Under the pieces are notes generated by a model. It was not told the DNA's origin. It did not search any database and saw only the letters and a list, made by a program, of their open reading frames with translations. The translations under genes were made by a program, and so were the position numbers. DNA of 63,937 nucleotides, filler included, from Choristocarpus tenellus KU-1152 (taxonomy: Eukaryota > Protista > Phaeophyceae), in NCBI GenBank assembly GCA_964200185.2. It is 14 parts of 14 records of this genome, joined end to end, with 100 filler letters (N's around TTAATTAATTAA, not from the genome) between each part and the next. Parts side by side here need not be neighbours in the genome. Positions count along the whole stretch, not along the records: positions 1 to 4,837 come from CAXNAD020012865.1; positions 4,938 to 7,708 come from CAXNAD020024891.1; positions 7,809 to 13,512 come from CAXNAD020009962.1; 11 more parts are not named here. One strand, written 5' to 3'. Positions 1-12,765 of the stretch are shown here, in pieces. Position 1 is the stretch's first letter. Each line of letters opens with the position of its first letter.

Positions 1-110
1 TTCGTCCTCACTTAACCCCAACCAATCCACGAAAACCTGGTATTCACATCCTTCTACCCTGCGCACTGCCAGAATACCAGACATTTCAAATTCCTCCTGG
101 TTCTGTATGT

Positions 111-373
111 GAGCAAAAGTATCATCATAGAGGGTAGAGCCGCATCCATTGGGGGGCCAAAATCCAATGTTGCGATTTTAATGTAATTTTGGATAGCGTG
201 TTTGTTAGGAAGTGTCAATATCCATGTTCCGGGACACACCTTCCCATAATCAATGCATTTTACCTACTCCTAAACATTTTGGAGTAGGTAAATGTCATTA
301 TAAAATACATGGGAAGTCAAGCCCCAAATGGACAAACAGGGAAAAACTCGTACCCTCTAAAATACTTTCTCTC
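111..373 (-). mobile_element. MITE family A, full copy
   Basis: TIRs GAGCAAAAGTATC..AGAGGGTA / TACCCTCTAAAATACTTTCTCTC; flanks TGT|TGT (3-bp TSD). Confidence 0.93.
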
Positions 374-3300
374 TGTACTAGAATGTTGGCTTCATCTCTG
401 TGGTCTGGTTCAGCTCCTTGTCTGCATAGGATCACAACCTCTTTGACCGCTGCATCATTGCTGCTCTGCAACGATACCCAGATTTGTCCATGTGTCCACA
501 CACCATCAGGTGTGTCAGCAGATCCTTTGCTTTATCAGGTATCCACAGTGGGGCTGTAACCGCAGCACCCACCTGCATCATACCATCCTGGTCATGATGT
601 ACACGGCCAGCAGAGGTCATGAATCCTCTGCTTTCATGCACCATCACACCCCCTAGGGCCTTGCTGGCCGCTAGTTGTGCCTCATGCACCACCTCTCTCA
701 ATGACAGGGTGTCCTCTCCCTGCACCTCCGTAGACATGGCTACGGCTCGCACCGCCGCCTTATTCACCATGGCCCAGTGTAGCCGTGGTCCCTGGAAAGA
801 ACTACTCAGGAATTCCAGCGGCTCATGACTCACATTTTCCACTGCCACGCCTCCAATCAGCTCCAACTGAGGGATCTGTGTAACAAAACACCCCCAGTGC
901 TTGTCAGAGGCGTGTGGAGACATCAGCACAGCACACTCCTCCCTGGGGTGTGAGAGCTCCACCGCCTGTGAGACAAGGTTCACCCCGCTGGCATCCGTCA
1001 CCAGCCGGTAGCCCCGCCCCTCAGGCTTGGGCAATGGCAATGATAGGTTGCTCCATACATCCTGTGGGGTCCACCTCAGCACCTCCAGTACGACCAGCAG
1101 GCCCACAAGTCCTGCCATCCAGCTGTGTCACTCCGGATGGGACACCCTGGGTCTGACCTTCACAGGAGTCGCCCCTTCCTTCAGCACCACCAGTATGGGA
1201 TCCACCTTGGCAGGTGGGTCACACATTGTTCCAGGTGGCTATCACTTGTTGTAGGCGCCCCCAGGCACCCAAGGCCATCCCAGCCCGTTGTGCCTCTTGT
1301 AAGGAAGTTTCTGAGGCCAAGCCCCGAATTTGTTTTCCTCCTCTGCAGGGTCCATCATGAGCTCAGCACCTTGCTCCAGTAGTGTAGAGACGGAGTCTTA
1401 GCCTTTGTCCAAATGAGCAGTCCCCATGCTCTATTGCATCACCTCCACGGTAACACTCACACGCTGCATAGAAGTAGTATCTTGTACCAAACCTGCGATG
1501 TGCAGTTCTATCTTTCTTTGAGCTGCCTCCTAAAAAGAATTGCTTCATGCCAAGGCCTAACATATCTCGCAATGTCTTGCTGCCCAAATTAACACACCAT
1601 TATTGTCATGGTATAACTAACTGCCAAGACAAGTTTCTCACCACCACCGGCCCATAGCCTGAGTGGAGTGCCACATTTACGGAACTAGTCACACTCCCTA
1701 TGGACTCAGATAATCCATTTGCGATTTTGACGGGGAAGGGTTGGTGGAGGAGCTTGGTTAGCACTGCTCCACCAAAATGCTGTTGCATTTTTTTCACCAG
1801 GCTCTCAGATATGCCGGTGATCCCTGACCCTGGGTCCATCAGGGCCTTCATACTGAACAGCAACTTCCCATGCATGTTGACCCCCACTGGTGTGACATCT
1901 GCTGTACCATGGTAGCTCACCCCTTTCTACATCCAACCCTTCCGTAGCTAGGGACACATCCTCATGCGTGCGCAGGATTTTCCGCAGGCCAGTATAGCCT
2001 GCATAAGGATATTGTTGAGATCCGGGCTTGGTGGCAGCAGAGGGCTCCCATGATCCACATCATCAGGAACCATCTCGTCGACCCTCACTGCCCTGTCACT
2101 CGTACTCCCACCACCAGTGTCTTACCTTAACTCGGTTTCAGGCTATGGAGCTAGCCCCTGCTGACCCCTTGTATCTTGGGCTGCATCTAGACGGCTTGTT
2201 CCTCCCCCTACACTTGAGGGTTGCTGTCTGGGACCCCCGGGTTGTAGTCTATGCCTTGGTTCAGATATCTTCCCAGGATCTATACTGTTAAAGTATCGCC
2301 CAAATCATCCAAAAGAATAAAGGTGATAAAACCAGGGAGAGTGCTTGATGTCTGTAGAGTGATTGATGAAAGCTAAGTGGGGCATGCAGCACCCCAGAAA
2401 ATTAGAAATATTTCCTTATATATAAGAATTGTTTTCTTATAGCTAATCACTACTAAAACATTTTGATAACTTAATCACTAATGATTATTCTCTTACTCCA
2501 TATACAGTTCACCACAACTGTCCGATAGAATTGGAAGAGTCTGATATCGAACATATACCTCTAGCACGATGTTGTGGATGCCTCTGCTGCTGATGTTGCT
2601 GCTCCTTCCGGACTCCAACCAGCAAGCTTCGGTTTTGAGCATGTTTATGCCCAACATTACCACATGCATCACAAATCCCTTGAAACTTGTTCTTCCTCAC
2701 ACTCAGTCCACTACCAGGTGTGCCTTCCCCTGGCTTGCCATTCGTCTCCCCAAACTTAAGCTTCCCCTCTTGGTGTTTGCCACCAGGTTCACCTTGCTTG
2801 GTTTGTTTCGTTTCATATTTCCGGGCCCTCTCATACATTCTCCAATTTTCGGGTTCCTCCTTTACCAGCTCAAAGATCTGGTCTTTTTCCTTTTTTTTTG
2901 CTTAGGACCCCTAGCCACACACTTAACAAATTCAGCCTTAAACGCAGGGGGGTTTAAGCCCTCAATAAAGGCCTCTGAGAGTACCTTTCTCGGTCCTGCC
3001 TTCCAAGTCTCTCCTACTTGTCCAGCATTATTCGAGTGAAAATATCTTAGAGGGTATGAGTTTTGCCCTGTTTGTCCATTTGGGGCTTGACTTCCCATTG
3101 GTTCTTTTATGACATATTTCTAGTCCAAAATGTTTAGGAGTCGATAAAGTGTATTTGTTATGAAAAGGTGTTTCCGAAACATAGATATAGACATTTCCTA
3201 ACAAACATAATAGCCAATATTACATCATAATCGCAACATTGGATTTTGACCCCAAATGGACACGGCTCTACCCTCTAAGATACTTCGGCTCATTTCAGAA

Positions 3301-3900
3301 AGCACCATCCAGGTTATCATATTTCCAGATAGCTTTCGATGTCCTGGATCACACCCATGACCCTTTGTTTCCCATCCGGGCCACCCTCTGCAAATCCCTT
3401 TGAAATTGCCCAATGTCGAAGGTTCCGCATTCGTCATCGACTCTCGCCACGTTCTTAAAACGTTTTAAGGAGTTGCTCCTCTGTCGCTGCAGCCCAATTG
3501 TATTTCAGATTGCCCCACACGAGTGCATGCTTGTCTCTGAGCAATGGTTAAGGACACGGACAGCGCCATGAATGCAATTTGCACACCTCCTTTTGAGTGT
3601 TGTGTCCTAACGCTCATCTCATCATTCGCATTGGGCTGTCAGAAACTCCCTCACGTCCTCAGCAAGTCTCTCAACCCGTGGAGGTTGAATATACTGCACG
3701 ATCAGCAATTTAGACCAATCGGTCTCTCACAAACCCCCTCAGGCTGCGCCAGGTCCATCTCCGTCGTTCATTGACATATTGGACCCTGTCAATCAAGTAA
3801 CTATGCTGGTTTCTCCCTGGTTGTGTGCGCTCCAAGCTCCAGCAAGCTCCCGCGATCACACATTGACCTTCCACAGCCAATTCTAGTGCCGCGCTTGATC
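374..3900 (-). mobile_element. Degenerate Ty3/Gypsy LTR retrotransposon (gag, protease, RNase H, integrase remnants)
   Basis: Minus-strand order: Gag zinc knuckle CDACGNVGHKH (ORF 2509-2838), aspartic protease ALMDPGSGITGIS (1606-1920), RNase H LVTDAS...FLSSSFQG..LHW (432-1118), integrase Zn-binding-like LMVCGHMDKSGYR. Many stops and frameshifts; LTRs not identified; boundaries approximate. Confidence 0.8.
3034..3291 (+). mobile_element. MITE family A, full copy (258 bp)
   Basis: GAGTGAAAATATCTTAGAGGGTA ... TACCCTCTAAGATACTTCGGCTC; flanks ATTC/ATTT; interrupts the Gypsy gag region. Confidence 0.93.
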
Positions 3901-4578
3901 CTACGGTCAGGTCTTGAGAAAATTCAACTGAATTATAGACAGTTCAACGACAGGAACTGATCTATGCTAGCTTGTAAGGACTCCACCCCACGTTGGGGCT
4001 TACACCTCTGTTATTTGTTAAGGCAGTGAGTATAGGTCGAGTCAAGGACCACATATGCTCCAAACATCAAATAATGCAAATGCCTTAGCTATGTTAGGAA
4101 CACCCTCCATCCTGTGTCCACAGTGACCATAAAGGGAATTGGTGATGGGTATCATATATCTGATGGGGAGGGTCTTCCACTTGTTTTAAGTGGAATGGCT
4201 CCATGTATTCTGCTAACGTCAAGTGACTCCCACTCCCAGATACACTTTTGGTCGCAAATGTCCCTTCAAAGCCTGTGCACATCAATATTTTTCATCACAT
4301 ACTCAACCATGTGTTAGAACACTAGTCAACCCTTGTGTATACCGAGGAGAAAGTCAGCTGACTAAAATCAACACAAATCCTTTTCTGCAATTTATTGAGT
4401 CGATTTTACATTAAAAATATATTTTATTTTGTTACTCTACTTTTTTAGATTATATAAAAAGTTTTGGTAACTTTATAATTATAAATATTTGTACAGTAGG
4501 TACCCCGATTTTGTTCACCGATGGGCATGCCCGAAAAAAGCGGCACATAATTGAAGTGGTACAATATCGTTTTTGTAG

Positions 4579-4837
4579 TAATTAATTGTGGTTAGCTGGG
4601 AAATCAATCGTCGAAGCTGTTAATCGTGGCATTCCTGGGAAATCAATTGTGGTGAGCTGGGAAATCAATCGTCGAAGCGACTAATTAATCGCGGTGAGCT
4701 GGAAATCAATCATCGAAGCGACTAATTAATCGTGGCGAGCTGGAAAATCAATCGTGAAATCGAGTGATTAATCGTGGTGAGCTGGGAAATCAATCGTCGA
4801 AGCAACTAATTAATCGTGGTGAGCTGGGAAATCAATC
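4579..4837. repeat. Minisatellite, unit about 42 bp
   Basis: Unit AATTAATCGTGGTGAGCTGGGAAATCAATCGTCGAAGCGACT, about 6 degenerate copies running into the gap; no unique spacers. Confidence 0.9.
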
Positions 4838-4937
4838 NNNNNNNNNNNNNNNNNNNNNNNNNNNNNNNNNNNNNNNNNNNNTTAATTAATTAANNNNNNN
4901 NNNNNNNNNNNNNNNNNNNNNNNNNNNNNNNNNNNNN
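4838..4937. other. Artificial contig linker (first of 13)
   Basis: 100-bp block of Ns around TTAATTAATTAA (stops in all six frames). Others at 7709-7808, 13513-13612, 16776-16875, 19419-19518, 25445-25544, 36519-36618, 40163-40262, 42993-43092, 46583-46682, 54281-54380, 57762-57861, 60533-60632. Confidence 0.98.
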
Positions 4938-5032
4938 TGTTGGATTAAAAATGAAAACAAAAAACAGTTGTTTAACCCAAACAGACCCCCCCCCCCAAAC
5001 CCCCCCCCCCCCCCCCCAAGATACTTTGACCC
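4938..5032. mobile_element. MITE family C terminus
   Basis: Poly-C then AAGATACTTTGACCC, reverse complement of GGGTCAAAGTATCTT. Confidence 0.75.
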
Positions 5033-6354
5033 TCGAGATATGAAACCCATCCATGTCTTATATCGCAGTTAGTTTTCCTTTCCGCATTCGTTATCACAGG
5101 GCATATTGATGTGACATCTAAACAAGAATGCATCAAAACCCTTGCGACCAGGTGTCACTCCCTGCATAGATATGTTTGGGACGAACTGAAGAACGCCTAT
5201 GTCGAGATGGAAAAAGCTGAAGATGCCAGGATCTCAATGACAATTGGCGATTATGTTCGGTGAGAGTGTTCCCGCTCCTTCCCTCCCACAAACTGCTCTT
5301 TCCATCTACCACACATATTTCGAGGCAGTGGAATTCATTAGGGGGGAATGACTGACGAGGAAAGAAAGGGAAAGTGCTCCTCACCAGCCAACTAGACGAT
5401 TTCAGTGACTAGAGTGCTCGACTCACACAGGGTACATAACAGCAACAGTCTATGGTCTTACCTTTTCTCCCTTACCCACCTTCCCTAACCCTTCCCCACA
5501 CCTAAACCTGGATTTCCTCTACCTGAAAATTGCAACGGAAGGTACCTTAATGTCTGGACGGATGCAATGCGATGCCGTGCTGCTGGGAGAACTTCACCAT
5601 CAGTATTCAGAGTCACAAGCATCTCGGGTAGTGCTGTTAACATCTCTTTGGTGGATGAGGCAATCTACCTCACTGAAATGGACTTGTCACGGTGAGCTGG
5701 GGGGCTTAAGTAGGAGGGGAGGGGGAAGAGAGAGATATGGAATATATATATATATATATATATATATAGAAAGAGAGATGAGATGTTATCAGAGTATGAT
5801 CGAGAACGATATGTGCATCTCCTCCTCTAATGAAAATCTACTTCCCCCTAGCTTCCGTCTTGTGCCTTGAGTAAGATAACTAATGCACATCAATTGTGTT
5901 GGTGGCGTTAGCTGTCACAGAAAAAAAAAGTTTGCACTTTGTTTTGTTTTGTTTTTTCTCGGGTGATGATGTCACGTGTTTACACTACTGTTTCTTTTTT
6001 TCTACAATAGGTTGTGCAACTAGCATGCTTTAAGTCTCATGTGGCCAGAGCATGATGCGCTACCTGACCAATATATTACCAGTCACAAGGGTATGAGGGT
6101 TCGGCGAGAGGTGAAATGTGGGTGGTATTTTGGCAGTATTTGTCGTACAGGTGCCACGCCAAGTACTGGATATGCTATAGGGACGATATGTGCACGCATG
6201 TCCATGGGGTTTTTCTTTATTGAGGTGGCATTGGGGGAGAAACAATTGTGTTTCCGTCTGGGAGCAAAGAGTGAATGGGAACGAACACTGGGATCATCTC
6301 CTTCCCCAACTGCAATGTGATTCTTCTACATTTTGATCCCCACAGACAGAGTTT

Positions 6355-6416
6355 CAACCCTAACGCCAACCCTAACGCCAACCCCAACCCCAACCCCAAC
6401 CCCAACCCTAACCCTA
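6355..6416. repeat. Interstitial telomere-like (TAACCC/CAACCC)n
   Basis: Degenerate CCCTAA hexamers; shorter tracts near 7553-7577, 18273-18306, 50418-50436, 53073-53092, 53441-53453. Confidence 0.8.
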
Positions 6417-7808
6417 TATTGCATGTAGAGCTCTGTATCACGAATCGTATACACTAAGCTCCATGCGTGAAATTTCCACCTTCCTCCCCCCTCCTCTTCT
6501 TCTCTTTTCCCATTCTTCCTTGTTCTGTTCCCAGCCTTCCACCACCTCACTCCGCACCTGGACCTTATCCAGACCTTATCCAGACCTTATCCAGACCTTG
6601 ACCAGACCTTAACTGGACCTTAACTGGACCTTAACCAAGCGGCGAGGTACACTGGACTCATTTTTTTTTCTTTCTGTAGGGATTGCATACAGTCCTTGGT
6701 GCCATTTGAACTGACGTTACTATTACACTATCATTGCGTTACTATTAAGTTACTATTACATTACTATTGCATTGTTTTTATAGCAATGACTTCGTGCTCT
6801 TTGATGACCTTTGGCCGTCAGGTATCTTCCCGAGTGCGCTAGGAACCTCACTCGAAACTTCAAGTTGGACGTTTTTCCTGGGGGGGGGAACTGTGCACTG
6901 CAGTTTGTTCCCTTCGAGGGCAGGCCGTCCATGGGCCCCAAACTGCACATTGGGCCGCCTGGGAGGTGCGTTTGTCTAACGATAAACAATTGAAGTGATT
7001 GGAATCGGGTCAAAGAGTGTGGATTGCGTCTCCCCTGGGAGGTGCACAGTTAGTGAGAATTAAAAAAAAAAATGAAATTGGTCCTGGAGCATGGATTGCA
7101 TCTCCCCTGAGAGGTGCGCAGTTAGTGAGATTAAAAAAAATAAGAAGGTTAGAGGTGCTTTGAGTTCCTTGAAAAATGTAATCACGTGTATTGTAGGATG
7201 GTTTGGGGCTTTTCAATGCGAGAGGAAATCCGGTTTGGTTTGGAACTCCTCACTATTTTGTGTGTGTTTTTACTAACCCTCTGGTATAGGGCTATATATA
7301 TATATATATGTATATATGTATTTATTTATTTATTTATTTATGTATGTACGCACAGTTAAAAAAAAAAAATACCAAGTAAGAACCTTTACAAAGAAGTTTC
7401 ATGGTGGTGGCTGTAATAGATCAATCAGTCGTTCCAGACCCGATTTTTGTTTTTGAAATTCGGATCTGTTTGTGTGGAAATTGATTTCAAAATTTCGTGT
7501 TCGAGCCTTGAACCTTGTTCCGATATGATCGTAGTACCTTTGTGAGGGGTGGTCAGGGTTAGGGTTAGGGTTAGGTTTTATGGACTGACAGTCGCAGGGT
7601 TTGGGTTAAGGTTGTATGTTTCTTTTGTGTGGGGGGGGGGGGAGGGAAGGGGGGGGGGGGGGGTATTTGGGGGGGGGGGGTGGGGGTGGGGGTTGTTTTG
7701 GGGGTCGGNNNNNNNNNNNNNNNNNNNNNNNNNNNNNNNNNNNNNNNNNNNNTTAATTAATTAANNNNNNNNNNNNNNNNNNNNNNNNNNNNNNNNNNNN
7801 NNNNNNNN

Positions 7809-7874
7809 CATGGGAAGCCAAGCCCCAAATGGACAAACAGGGCAAAGTTCGTACCCTCTAAGATACTTTCACTC
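7809..7874 (-). mobile_element. MITE family A, truncated by contig start
   Basis: CCCCAAATGGACAAACAGGGCAAAGTTCGTACCCTCTAAGATACTTTCACTC. Confidence 0.9.
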
Positions 7875-8248
7875 CAACACCCATCTACAAACCTTACAGA
7901 TATATATGTAAAAGTTCATCTTACAGAGGGTCGGACCTAAGTACACCTTTGCCCTGTCCCTCCTGCTGCCACTGGATGAGGGCGGCTGCTTCTAATAGTT
8001 GGCATAGCTTCTCTTCTCCTCTCTAATTCCAATCTTGATGTCTGGCTTGTCCACAAATTATGCTGAACCGATCAAAGGGCTATTGCCAAGAATAAAGTCC
8101 TTCATGTTATCCACCTGACTAAAACAAGTAAAATTAAGTCCTGCTGTCATCTCCAATGGTCCAAGCTTGTGGCCATTCTTGTTTGCTATTGTCTGCTCTT
8201 GAACATTGTGCATGGTGATAGACGAGCACAAGGCTAGTTTTAGTAGCT

Positions 8249-8506
8249 GATTGCAAGTATCTTAGAGGGTATGAGTTTTTCCCTGTTTGTCCATTTGGGA
8301 CTTGGCTTTCCATGTTTATTTCTATGACATATTCATACTCGAAAATGTTTAGGAGTAGGTAAAATGTATACTTTATGAAAAGGTGTGTCCGAAACATAGA
8401 TATTGACACTTCCTAACAAACACGATAGCCAAAAATACAACAAAATCGCAACATTGGATTTTGACCCCAAATGGATGCGACTCTACCCTCTAAGATACCT
8501 TGGTTC
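8249..8506 (+). mobile_element. MITE family A, full copy (258 bp)
   Basis: Both TIRs; flanks AGCT|AGCT (4-bp TSD); splits the helicase motif RQQL. Confidence 0.93.
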
Positions 8507-9245
8507 AGCTGTTGTCGGTAGTCTTTCAACTGCATCATTGCCACACCAAGATACCTCAATGGGAAGCACGGAGATACAATAAAGGTGCTTGTCCGGAATG
8601 GGGACCCCATGAAACCATGAAACTCAGTGTCGGGATCTTATCCTGTACGTACATGTTGACCTTCATCACCCCAAGATATCTTTTTCACCAGACCCACCTC
8701 CAGCGAAAGGGTGCATTTGAGCATGACCTTAGGCTACCTAGCCACGTAGATTGTGATTAGGTTCAAGCCCTGTGACCAAATCTGGAGATATCTGGGCCTT
8801 GTTTTTCAAGTGCTCCATTTCAAAACCTTACTTTAGCCACCACACACACCCCAGACGTATCACCTCCATGGCATTGTAATCACCGTTTTTGTTCTTGAAA
8901 TAGAATAACGGATATGCATCCTTGAAGGATTCCAATGCTTAAGGTGCTTCATTTTTTTAAGCACTTGAGGAATACCCAGTCTTCCTGTGTGAGATTCTCA
9001 TCATTAGCTTGCACGAGAATCTCCAAGAAATCATTTTGGTTGTCACGCCCATCCCCCAAGAATGACCACATCCTGAAAGGAATAATATGCAGTGAATCTA
9101 ACTTGATTGCACTCCAGAGATTTGTCGTGACTCCATCTATACGGAGCTCCCGCCCCCCAACAGACAGAATCAAGCCTAGTTCACACGTCATGATCATGGA
9201 CATGACCCGAAACAACTCCATTCTACACTCGGTCGTCTGATAGAA

Positions 9246-9493
9246 GAGCGAAAGTATCTTAGAAGGTACGAGTTTTGCCCTGTTTGTCCATTTGGGACTT
9301 GGCTTCCCATGTTTACTTTTATTACATTTTTCTACTCCAAAATGTTTCAGAGTAGGTAAAATGTGTATGTTACGATAAGGTCTGTCCGGAACAAGGCTAT
9401 TGACACTTCCTAGCAAACACGATAGCCAAAATCGCAACATTGGATTTTGACCTCCAAATGGACACGACTCTACCCTCTAAGATACTTTGGCTC
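9246..9493 (+). mobile_element. MITE family A, full copy
   Basis: GAGCGAAAGTATCTTAG ... CTAAGATACTTTGGCTC; flanks AGAA|AGAA (4-bp TSD). Confidence 0.93.
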
Positions 9494-9978
9494 AGAAAGC
9501 ACTCACAAAAAGTATGTAAACTGCTGCACTCCATCCTATCCCGATATAGGTTGTCCCCGTGCGATTTAACAGGATACCCTCTACATCGCAAAGATACTCA
9601 ACTCCACATTCAACCCGCCCCACCCTACTTCATTGATTGGTTTTGTGTCAGTGTCAGATTTTGTGATCCCTTTAGACATAATGTACCTGCCCGCTTACAT
9701 GTTGCCCAACAATAATCTCTAATTTATTTCTAATCTCAAGTGTAAGAAGAAGGAAGAAGGAAAAAGGAAGGAGGATGGAGAGCGTTAGAGAAACCCCAAG
9801 GAAATTCGCCTGGATTCACAAATCTAGCCTTTTCCCACCGCAATTCAGGCTTTGGTTTGAAAGATAATCTGACCTCGATCAGGATCGGACCTGAGTATGT
9901 CAAGGATGGATGGTGGTGGTGGGTGGTGGTAAAGGACGCTGAAAAGTACCGTTAAAAGACTCCGATGCCGAAAAAGAG

Positions 9979-10050
9979 GGTGCGTAGAGGGGTTCGAACC
10001 CTCGACCACCACAACCCAAATGCGGTATGCTACCACTGCACCATACGCGC
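9979..10050 (-). tRNA. tRNA-Pro(UGG), atypical; may be a pseudogene or SINE head
   Basis: Reverse complement folds as a 72-nt cloverleaf: GCGCGTA TG GTGC AGTGGTA GCAT A CCGCA TTTGGGT TGTGG TGGTC GAGGG TTCGAAC CCCTC TACGCAC C. One C-A acceptor mismatch; T5 run 3 nt downstream. Confidence 0.8.
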
Positions 10051-10170
10051 TGCAGCGAACTTGATTTCATATCGAGAAATTCATATTTCGAAATGAACAA
10101 AACTATTATGCTCCTACTACTACTATTTGTATCTACCACCATCAAATACCCAATATTTACTACACATGCA

Positions 10171-10470
10171 ATAGACGTGTCGTACGTTTTAAGCTGGAGA
10201 CACCAGGGAGATGGGCAAGGAGGGGCTTGTTAGGTTCTTGGGATGCTTCTCTAGGTCTTCACCCTGGAGTGTAGGACTAAGCTAGGTTGGAGGCACAGGA
10301 GGCCGGTGGTGTAGCATAGTTGGTAGTAAAATAGTAAATAGATGAGAGAAAATTTATTTCACATTTACGACAACTATTACTTTTTTAGAGGCTCTTCTGA
10401 CATTTGAATGGTTTTCCATTGGTTTTCCTCCTGACACATCTGAAAAAGTCAGAGGGTATAATAATAAAAA
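10171..10470 (+). mobile_element. 5'-truncated LINE 3' end (same family as 29187-29990)
   Basis: AGACGTGTCGTACGTTTTAAGCTGGAGACACCAGGGAGATGGGC aligns with 29711-29755; ends in a CTCTGAC..GTCAGAG hairpin plus TAATAATAAAA. Confidence 0.75.
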
Positions 10471-12765
10471 TATACGGTAATGGGGGTTCTTATTATATTG
10501 AACTGACTTTTCACCTGACACATCGGCAAAATGTCAGATGGTATATATTATAAAATAAAACATATACAGTAGTGGCATAGTTCCTCTCCTATGGGGTATC
10601 ACGGTGGGAAGGCAAGACCTAATAGTTTTAATACTGTACTGGCTTACCCATCATTACGTCCTCGTACACCACGGATACTCTATACTACTCACCAGCTTCC
10701 GTCGAAGGAGCGCGCAGTTTCGAACCCGGTCCACCACGGATTTTCTTCTCCGACAATATCTGGTTTCGAAGGACCATGGCGTAAACACAACTGTTGAACA
10801 GAAGGGTGAAGATAGACCTCCAGCCTGTCATTAACCCACAAAAAAGAACGTGGAAAACCTGATTTGTGCTGGCAAGACACTACTGAGCCCGGACAAGTTC
10901 TAACCTCGACCCCTCCACCTCCACTATCCTTCTATCCCAATGAAGGTGGTGGTGAGCAATCGTTTAAAGAAGATGACCCATGCCCTCGATAGCAGGGCTG
11001 TAATACCTCACCACGGTTAACTCCTTGACGTACTGAGAGCCCTGGTGATCAAGAACGATCTCCAGTCCAAGGTGGAGGAGGTCCTTTCCTTTGCAGATAT
11101 GGCTGTTAATGCAAATTGTTGGATTGGCCCCTCAGTTTACACCCTCCACTCAACCGACTACATTGGAGATGGACTGCTTACTCAAAATCATCGTTCTTTC
11201 ATCATCATTCTCTCTACTCTAAGCCATGTGAAGTACTTGGCTACCACGTCCGGAGAAGATCTGTCCGACAACTTTGTAGAGATATGTTGGCAAAACAAGG
11301 GTTCACTGGACGGATGCGGGAATGTCGTGCTTACTGCAAATTGTGGATGGTGAAGAGGGGTCCCTTGTTAGAAGACGACGACCAAACCGCACACAATACC
11401 TGCACCTACCGCTCTTTGCAGTTTGTAGTGTGTAAAGCTTTTATTTGGCCAGGTCTAAATTGTAAATGAGGCAAAGTAAATGAGAGGTGTACCCAGGTTT
11501 GTATTTCAAGGATTCTGACTAATGTACATAATTCGTTTTTTTTTGTACAAATACGTACAGGTAACGTTTCCGAATTGTCTCGAAAATTCCGAACGATAGA
11601 GGAATCAACGCTCTCAAGTCAATCTTAGCACTTCATCGATAGAAACAAGGATGAATCGCAAAAGGATTCAGAAAAGTAACCTAGAACGCAAGACGGGCAA
11701 ACCTGGATACCTCTCATTTACTTCAGCTAAGAGTTGATTACGGCAGCATCCAGGGCAATCGTAACTGCCGGTTCTAAGTCCAGTTAGGGAAAGGTCGCCT
11801 ATGTTAAGAATATAGAGTCTAGGAGGATATTGCAGGATGTTTCTGCATATAGGTAGTCTACCTGCACCATGGTGGAACGGCTAATGTATCTCAGCCTGCT
11901 ATTCTCTTTCATACATTCTCAAAGACAAACATCCAGCCCAGTTTGACGCCACGCCAGTGGGAGGTAACATCTAGTAATTGGAACGTAAAATTCAAAATAC
12001 ATATGCTTGTAACCCAGGTAGTAGGGGAGGTCAAATGCCGAACCATTGACAAGTAATTGCCTGTCAATCACAGCATCCGTTTCGTTCAGAGATATCAAAA
12101 CCTTTGACTCTTCCATCATTCTATTCCTACATTTCTGTTTCTCACTCTGTTGAATTGTTGCCAATTTTTTTCTGGTTCCTTATCAAGGACGTCTATGAAT
12201 CCCTGGAGTGTGAGAGAGACCTGCGAGAGACCTTTAACAGATTAACTAGTTTTAACCTATTCTTCAACTTTCCGCAGGAATAAGGTAGAAGAGTATCTGT
12301 CATCAAAGAAAAGAAGACTGTTGCTGTGCGCAAGAGAAATGATGGATGATTTTTGCAACTACTTTGGAAACCGGAATGATGATGAAGAGGAACAGGTCTG
12401 ATCCCCATGGAGAACTCAGGAATATTATTACGATCGTTTACGATGCCGTACTCCCTCATACAAGAAAAGAGAACCTCACTAGTTGTCAACGACACTAACC
12501 CTAGCCCCCCTCCCACACACGAGGGGTGAAGAGGTGAAAGACAGCGTTCCGGACTGCATCATACAACCTCAACCCCTACTCACATTCGCAAACAAGAAGA
12601 GGACTGACGAGGTACCAGATTCCACAAAAAACAAAGCTTCTAGTTCTCATCAAAACGTTTATTGTTGAAAGTGGATGCAACTATTCATCACCGTCAACAA
12701 GCATGAATAGGACTGACCAGTGACCACTCTTCCTGCTTCTCCATATCAAGTCGGTACGCCCACAA

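Larger units (their letters stand above)
7930..9600 (-). pseudogene. Pif1-family helicase remnant, probably from a Helitron RepHel
   Basis: Manual translation across frameshifts and two MITEs: FLEILVQANDENLTQEDW; FKDAYPLF..DYN; GLEP..IYVA..KVMLKCTLSLEVGLV; RQQLLKLALCSSITMHNVQEQTI..LGPLEMTAGLNFTCFSQV. These match Pif1 C-terminal motifs (RQxPLxLAWAxTIHKSQGxTL; GLxxVALSRV) in the right order. Confidence 0.82.

Noticed and set aside
2862-3098. Recurrent small ORFs (GSQAPNGQTGQN, PKWTNRAKLVPSKIL) as a peptide family
   Set aside because: Chance translations of MITE A; starts, stops and frames vary between copies.
4579-4837. CRISPR array
   Set aside because: Units are contiguous with no unique spacers; no cas genes; eukaryotic context.
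6355-6416. True telomere
   Set aside because: Short, degenerate and internal to the contig.
8249-8506. MITE A/B as introners
   Set aside because: Ends are not GT/AG and no copy interrupts an intact host exon in this window.
10700-10800. Second tRNA on the minus strand (B-box-like GGTTCGAAAC)
   Set aside because: No convincing acceptor stem or D-arm; at most a decayed tRNA-derived sequence.
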